Below, one piece after another: positions 60,721 to 64,000 of a DNA stretch of 64,000 nucleotides. This DNA is from an uncultured Acetobacteraceae bacterium. Lineage in GTDB: Bacteria > Pseudomonadota > Alphaproteobacteria > Acetobacterales > Acetobacteraceae. Where the stretch lies: positions 98 through 64,097 of the forward strand of contig CAYNYQ010000001.1 in NCBI GenBank assembly GCA_964401305.1, written 5' to 3'. Each line of letters starts with the position of its first letter. The first letter of the stretch is position 1. Position numbers and translations under genes: made by a program. The notes under the pieces are model-generated. The model did no database searches. It was not told where the DNA came from and worked only from the letters and a program-made list of their open reading frames with translations.

Positions 60721-61025
60721 ATAGCCTCACGATCTGCCAGCACGCTTTTGCTGGCGTCGAAGTTCGCGGCAGCGGTTTCAATCTCAGCCTTCTGACGCTG
60801 GCGTTGCTCCCAAATGACCTTGATGCATTCTGCCTGAGCGATCAGGCCACTCACTAGTGTGTCCAGCTGAGCCTGATCGACATGCTCCCCGAAGAAGGTC
60901 ATACGGCGCTGTATGGTGCCCATGGCGCGGGTCGCAACCATCTCCATCTCGGAAATGGCCATGGCCACGTGATGCTTCTCAACGGCGTCGCGCGCGGTGA
61001 AATACTCTGAAGCGGAGAATGTCAT
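60714..61025 (-). CDS. hypothetical protein
   Basis: 103 aa with an ATG start. Confidence 0.5.
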   Translation of the reverse strand: MTFSASEYFTARDAVEKHHVAMAISEMEMVATRAMGTIQRRMTFFGEHVDQAQLDTLVSGLIAQAECIKVIWEQRQRQKAEIETAAANFDASKSVLADREAMC

Positions 61026-61216
61026 TAGCGGCCTCTCTCGGTGACGAAGTGGCCGGTGCGCGGGTCATAGACGCGATGCGCCGCGCCCTTCTCCGCCTCG
61101 ATCTGCCGGTGCGTGTCAGCGACGATGGCGAGCGCCAGCGCGAGGCCGATCAGCAGCGCGAAAGCGGCAAGGGCAACTTCTTCGCGTCGCTTCCATGCCA
61201 TGTGTAAGAACTCCAT
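61025..61216 (-). CDS. small membrane protein, first gene of leftward early operon
   Basis: ATG preceded by AAGGAGGA. TM VALAAFALLIGLALALAIVA. Confidence 0.5.
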   Translation of the reverse strand: MEFLHMAWKRREEVALAAFALLIGLALALAIVADTHRQIEAEKGAAHRVYDPRTGHFVTERGR

Positions 61217-61240
61217 AAATCCTCCTTGTTAAAATCTCGC

Positions 61241-61293
61241 TTGCACGTAAACAAACGATAGCGTAATAATAGCCGCGAGAATTCTTAATTCAA
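61241..61293. promoter_or_regulatory. divergent promoter pair with overlapping -10 boxes
   Basis: Plus strand: TTGCAC (61241) - 17 nt - TAATAA (61264). Minus strand: TTGAAT (61293..61288) - 16 nt - TATTAT (61271..61266). This is the only strongly AT-rich stretch between the two operons. Confidence 0.45.
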
Positions 61294-61300
61294 GCACAAA

Positions 61301-61588
61301 ATGAGCAAATACTTAGCCGATGATGAGTTGATCTCCGAGAAGCAGATGGATGCCGCTCTCGGGCTCCTGCGCTGGACAGATGAGGGGTTAGCTCACGTCG
61401 TCGGCGTGGATCGCAAGAGCATCGTCCACCTCCGCAATACGCCGCCGGTGCGCACCAAGATGGACCCGCGCCGGAAGCGTCTGCTGCGCCGCATCGGCAC
61501 CGCTCTCCGCGAGCACGTGCGCTTCCTGCGAAGCGGGGGCGTCGAACCAGTCAAACAGCCCAGGGGAGGAATCAATGGGAGTTCTTAA
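61301..61588 (+). CDS. HTH-like regulator, first gene of rightward operon
   Basis: 95 aa. LLRWTDEGLAHVVGVDRKSIVHLRN looks like a helix-turn-helix. Confidence 0.5.
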   Translation: MSKYLADDELISEKQMDAALGLLRWTDEGLAHVVGVDRKSIVHLRNTPPVRTKMDPRRKRLLRRIGTALREHVRFLRSGGVEPVKQPRGGINGSS

Positions 61589-61916
61589 TTTCAAATCGTC
61601 GAAGCGGGTGGCGCGTGCCAACCGGAAGGCCGTGACCAAGCGGGAGTTCTCCGGGCGGGTCTTGGAGCATGAGCAGTTGCCGGACGGGTACGCATACCGG
61701 CACAGCACGAAGGGTCGGCGCGTTCGCCACGACGGCGGCGACGACATCGCCTACCGCAACGCGCTGCTGGACCTGCTGGCGATCTCCATGCGGGCAGCGG
61801 CGCGCGAGCGTGTCATCGACACCGGAGCGTTCAACCTGTTCCGCATCGAGCGTGCCAAGGTGAAGCGCCTGCGCCGCAAGGAGCGGAACGCAAACCTCGC
61901 AGCACGTGCTGCATAA
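61575..61916 (+). CDS. basic hypothetical protein
   Basis: 113 aa, overlapping the upstream gene by 14 nt. Confidence 0.45.
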   Translation: MGVLNFKSSKRVARANRKAVTKREFSGRVLEHEQLPDGYAYRHSTKGRRVRHDGGDDIAYRNALLDLLAISMRAAARERVIDTGAFNLFRIERAKVKRLRRKERNANLAARAA

Positions 61917-61938
61917 CCATTAACAGGGGGAGGAACCC

Positions 61939-62073
61939 ATGAGGGAATATCTGCACATCATACTGGCCACCGGCCTCGTCGCGCTCGTCGTCGGATGGAC
62001 GGCTGGCTACACCGCGAACTCGGCGGAGCGTCCGATGAAGGGACGCATCGCGCTGTCCGATCTGCGCGAGTAG
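61939..62073 (+). CDS. small membrane protein (not in ORF track)
   Basis: ATG at 61939 preceded by GGGGGAGGA. MREYLHIILATGLVALVVGWTAGYTANSAERPMKGRIALSDLRE. Confidence 0.4.
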   Translation: MREYLHIILATGLVALVVGWTAGYTANSAERPMKGRIALSDLRE

Positions 62074-62112
62074 CGCGGCTCAAATTCAAGCCTTTCACAA
62101 CAGGGAGTTTTT

Positions 62113-63285
62113 ATGAATGAAGGTTCTATCATCAAAAAGGTAGCGGTCGGAGCGGTCGTCATCATCGCGGTCATCGTCGCCGCGCTGTCGTCCATGCTCT
62201 TCCAGACCAACGACGCCGGGTACGTGCAAGTGAAGCAGGCCGCCGGAACGGGCGAGATGACGGTGCGCACCACGCCGGGCGTCTATGCGCAGATGTTCGG
62301 TGACATCCACGAGTACAAGATTTCGGACGTCTACGATTTCAACACGGACGATGAGCAGATCATCGTTCGGTTCAACGATGCCGCCACGGCACGCATCTCC
62401 GGCCAGATCAAGTACCGGCTTCCCGTGACGGCGGCGGGCATCCTCAAGATTCACGAGGATTTCCGCAGCTTCGAGGCGGTGCAGTCCGATCTCGTGCGGC
62501 AGGTCGTCGCGGCGAGCCTGAAGCAATCTGCCACGCACTTCGGCGCGGAGGAGGTCTATTCGACCCGCCGCTCGGACTTCATCGACCTGGTCAACGCTCA
62601 GATCAAGAGCGGCATCTTCGCCACGTCCTATACCGAGCGGGTCCGCAAGGACGAGGACGGCAACAACTTCATCCAGCGCATCGTGGCGGTGCGCCTGAAC
62701 GAGGACGGCAAGCCGATCATCTCCGAGCCGTCGGCGTTCGACCGCTACGATGTGGACCTGATCCAGCTCGTCATCAACGACATCGATTTCGACGACAAGA
62801 CCGACGAGCTGATCGCGAAGCGCAAAGAGGCCGAGCAGGAGCAGGTCGTCGCCAAGGCGAAGGCCGAGCGTGCCAAGCAGGACGCCATCACCGCGCAGGA
62901 GCAGGGTAAGGCCAACGTCGCCATCGCCGAGGCCGAGGCGCTGGTGATCAAGAAGCGCGCCGTGATCGAGGCCGAGAAGGAACGCGAGGTCGCGGAGCAG
63001 CAGGCGCTGAAGGCCGAAGAGGAGAAGAAGGCCATCATCGCTCGCGGCGAGGCCGAGGCCCGCGCCAACGCGCTGAAGGTGACGGCTGGCCTGACCCCTC
63101 AGGAGAAGGCCCAGTTCGACAAGGAGACCGCGATCGGTGTCGCGGCCGAGCTGGCCAAGGTCCAGTTGCCGAAGCTCATGGTGATCGGCGGGAGCGGGTC
63201 CCAGTCCGGGCCGGTCAACCCGTTCGATGCGGTGGGGCTGGAGTCCTTCATCCGCATCAGCAAGGGGCTGAGCAAACATGAGTAG
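62113..63285 (+). CDS. SPFH/Band-7 (flotillin/prohibitin-like) membrane protein
   Basis: N-terminal TM VAVGAVVIIAVIVAALSSMLF and an SPFH-like core (GYVQVKQ....GVYAQMFGDI...). A long AEAEA/EAEKE flotillin-type coiled coil follows. Confidence 0.75.
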   Translation: MNEGSIIKKVAVGAVVIIAVIVAALSSMLFQTNDAGYVQVKQAAGTGEMTVRTTPGVYAQMFGDIHEYKISDVYDFNTDDEQIIVRFNDAATARISGQIKYRLPVTAAGILKIHEDFRSFEAVQSDLVRQVVAASLKQSATHFGAEEVYSTRRSDFIDLVNAQIKSGIFATSYTERVRKDEDGNNFIQRIVAVRLNEDGKPIISEPSAFDRYDVDLIQLVINDIDFDDKTDELIAKRKEAEQEQVVAKAKAERAKQDAITAQEQGKANVAIAEAEALVIKKRAVIEAEKEREVAEQQALKAEEEKKAIIARGEAEARANALKVTAGLTPQEKAQFDKETAIGVAAELAKVQLPKLMVIGGSGSQSGPVNPFDAVGLESFIRISKGLSKHE

Positions 63286-63445
63286 CCGGCTCGTCGTCTA
63301 TCTGGTCGAGGGGGTAATCGCCCTCTCGATCATCTGGCTCCTGTTCAAGCTGGTCTACTTCCGCGTCTTCCCGCGCGGCGTGGTGAACGCCGTGAAGCTC
63401 CGCAAGGCGGGCGAGAAGTACGAGCGTGACCTGAGGAAGCGGTGA
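63278..63445 (+). CDS. small membrane protein (not in ORF track)
   Basis: The ATG at 63278 overlaps the SPFH 3' end. MSSRLVVYLVEGVIALSIIWLLFKLVYFRVF... followed by a basic tail. Confidence 0.45.
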   Translation: MSSRLVVYLVEGVIALSIIWLLFKLVYFRVFPRGVVNAVKLRKAGEKYERDLRKR

Positions 63446-63681
63446 CCCCCGGCGTCGTCTGGCATCGCATCCCGCCTGAGTGGCAGGCGAAGATCCGCCA
63501 TGCGGTCATCGCTGCCGGTGTGGCGGGCCTGACGGTGCTGGTCGGCGACATCATCCGTGGCGTCGATCAGCCGCCGCCGCGCCACCGGGGGCCGGACGAT
63601 CCGCCGCCGGGAAGCCGCACCTACAGCCACCGGTACGACGGGCGGACGCAGGGGCAGAACCATTGGAAGCGGAGGGAGTGA
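63442..63681 (+). CDS. small membrane protein with Pro-rich tail
   Basis: The GTG overlaps the upstream stop (GTGA). TM IRHAVIAAGVAGLTVLVGDII. Confidence 0.4.
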   Translation: MTPGVVWHRIPPEWQAKIRHAVIAAGVAGLTVLVGDIIRGVDQPPPRHRGPDDPPPGSRTYSHRYDGRTQGQNHWKRRE

Positions 63682-63878
63682 TGGAATACCTACTCGGAAT
63701 CTACCTCCTCGCCATCGGCGCGCTGCTGGAGCGCACCTTCGACCACCTCAACGCAGCGGAGCTGGCGCAGGCAAGGAGCCAGCCCTTGTTGCTGGTCACG
63801 GCCTATGTCGCGCTGGCCGTCACCGTCCCCTTCGTCATCGCTGGCGAGCTGGTGCGCAGCATGACGGGGCGGCGCTAG
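63681..63878 (+). CDS. two-pass small membrane protein
   Basis: ATG at 63681 preceded by GGAGGGAG, overlapping the upstream stop by 1 nt. Two hydrophobic helices. Confidence 0.5.
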   Translation: MEYLLGIYLLAIGALLERTFDHLNAAELAQARSQPLLLVTAYVALAVTVPFVIAGELVRSMTGRR

Positions 63879-64000
63879 AACCGCTCCGCCGCAGGAAGGT
63901 CGGAATGTCGAGGCCAAGCTCCTCCACCTTCCGCAGCGCCTCCATCCTGCGCCGGTGCGGGCAATCCGGGCAGCTCCCCGGCCGCACCGACGGCGGGCAG
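63835..64000 (-). CDS. 3' end of a gene entering from the right window edge (tentative)
   Basis: The frame is open to the window edge and translates ...CPDCPHRRRMEALRKVEELGLDIPTFLRRSGSS.... A D-I-P-x-F-L-R-R box is a recurrent alphaproteobacterial peptide motif. Confidence 0.25.
   Translation of the reverse strand, partial: CPPSVRPGSCPDCPHRRRMEALRKVEELGLDIPTFLRRSGSSAAPSCCAPARQR

Noticed and set aside
1-64000. A search for integrase/recombinase genes, tRNA or tmRNA genes, rRNA, attL/attR direct repeats, IS transposases and cas genes.
   Set aside because: No R..H..R..Y or serine-recombinase-like ORF was seen. No T-loop-like GGTTCGAATCC-type sequence and no DDE transposase motif were recognised by eye either. 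The search was manual, so short att repeats could have been missed.

Overview
This is a high-GC 64-kb window with very little non-coding DNA. The gene content (GapR/DUF2312, GTA-type tail chaperones, a DUF1419-like gene, a RepA_C-type initiator) points to an alphaproteobacterial mobile element. It has two parts.

(1) About 1-21 kb is a plasmid-like backbone with accessory genes. It carries RepA (partial), a TrwC-like relaxase domain, two ParA-like ATPases and a 436-bp centromere-like repeat array. It also has a MobA/MobL relaxase with an RSF1010-like oriT candidate, ArdC, and three chemically different DNA methyltransferase types. The rest is a BglII-fold nuclease / MT-A70 cassette, a DUF3644 (HEPN-motif) gene, and five HNH-type nuclease genes, four of them in visibly AT-richer islands.

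(2) About 21-64 kb is a complete tailed-phage genome, almost all on the minus strand.
- Early genes: Rad52-like SSAP, SSB, NinB-like, DUF1064, HTH proteins.
- Head genes: terS, terL, portal, MuF, protease, HK97 capsid, then head-tail joining genes.
- Tail genes: major tail, a G/GT chaperone with a GGGAAAG -1 slip site, a 1121-aa tape measure, tail-tip proteins, and a collagen/SGNH tail fibre.
- Lysis cassette: holin candidates, overlapping spanins, GH24 lysozyme.
- Regulatory and moron blocks follow.

I recognised no integrase, att site, tRNA, rRNA or CRISPR array. The most economical reading is a mobilisable phage-plasmid, or a plasmid carrying a prophage.

The best candidates for something undescribed are:
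- the TM-less T4CP-like ATPase + membrane protein + lipoprotein operon (25046-27420);
- the SPFH / small-membrane-protein operon beside a divergent switch region (61301-63878);
- the nuclease-unknown-MT-A70 triad (17815-19877);
- the DUF3644 gene (8701-9708).

All calls rest on motif recognition by eye plus the supplied ORF track. No database search was possible, and family names are from memory.
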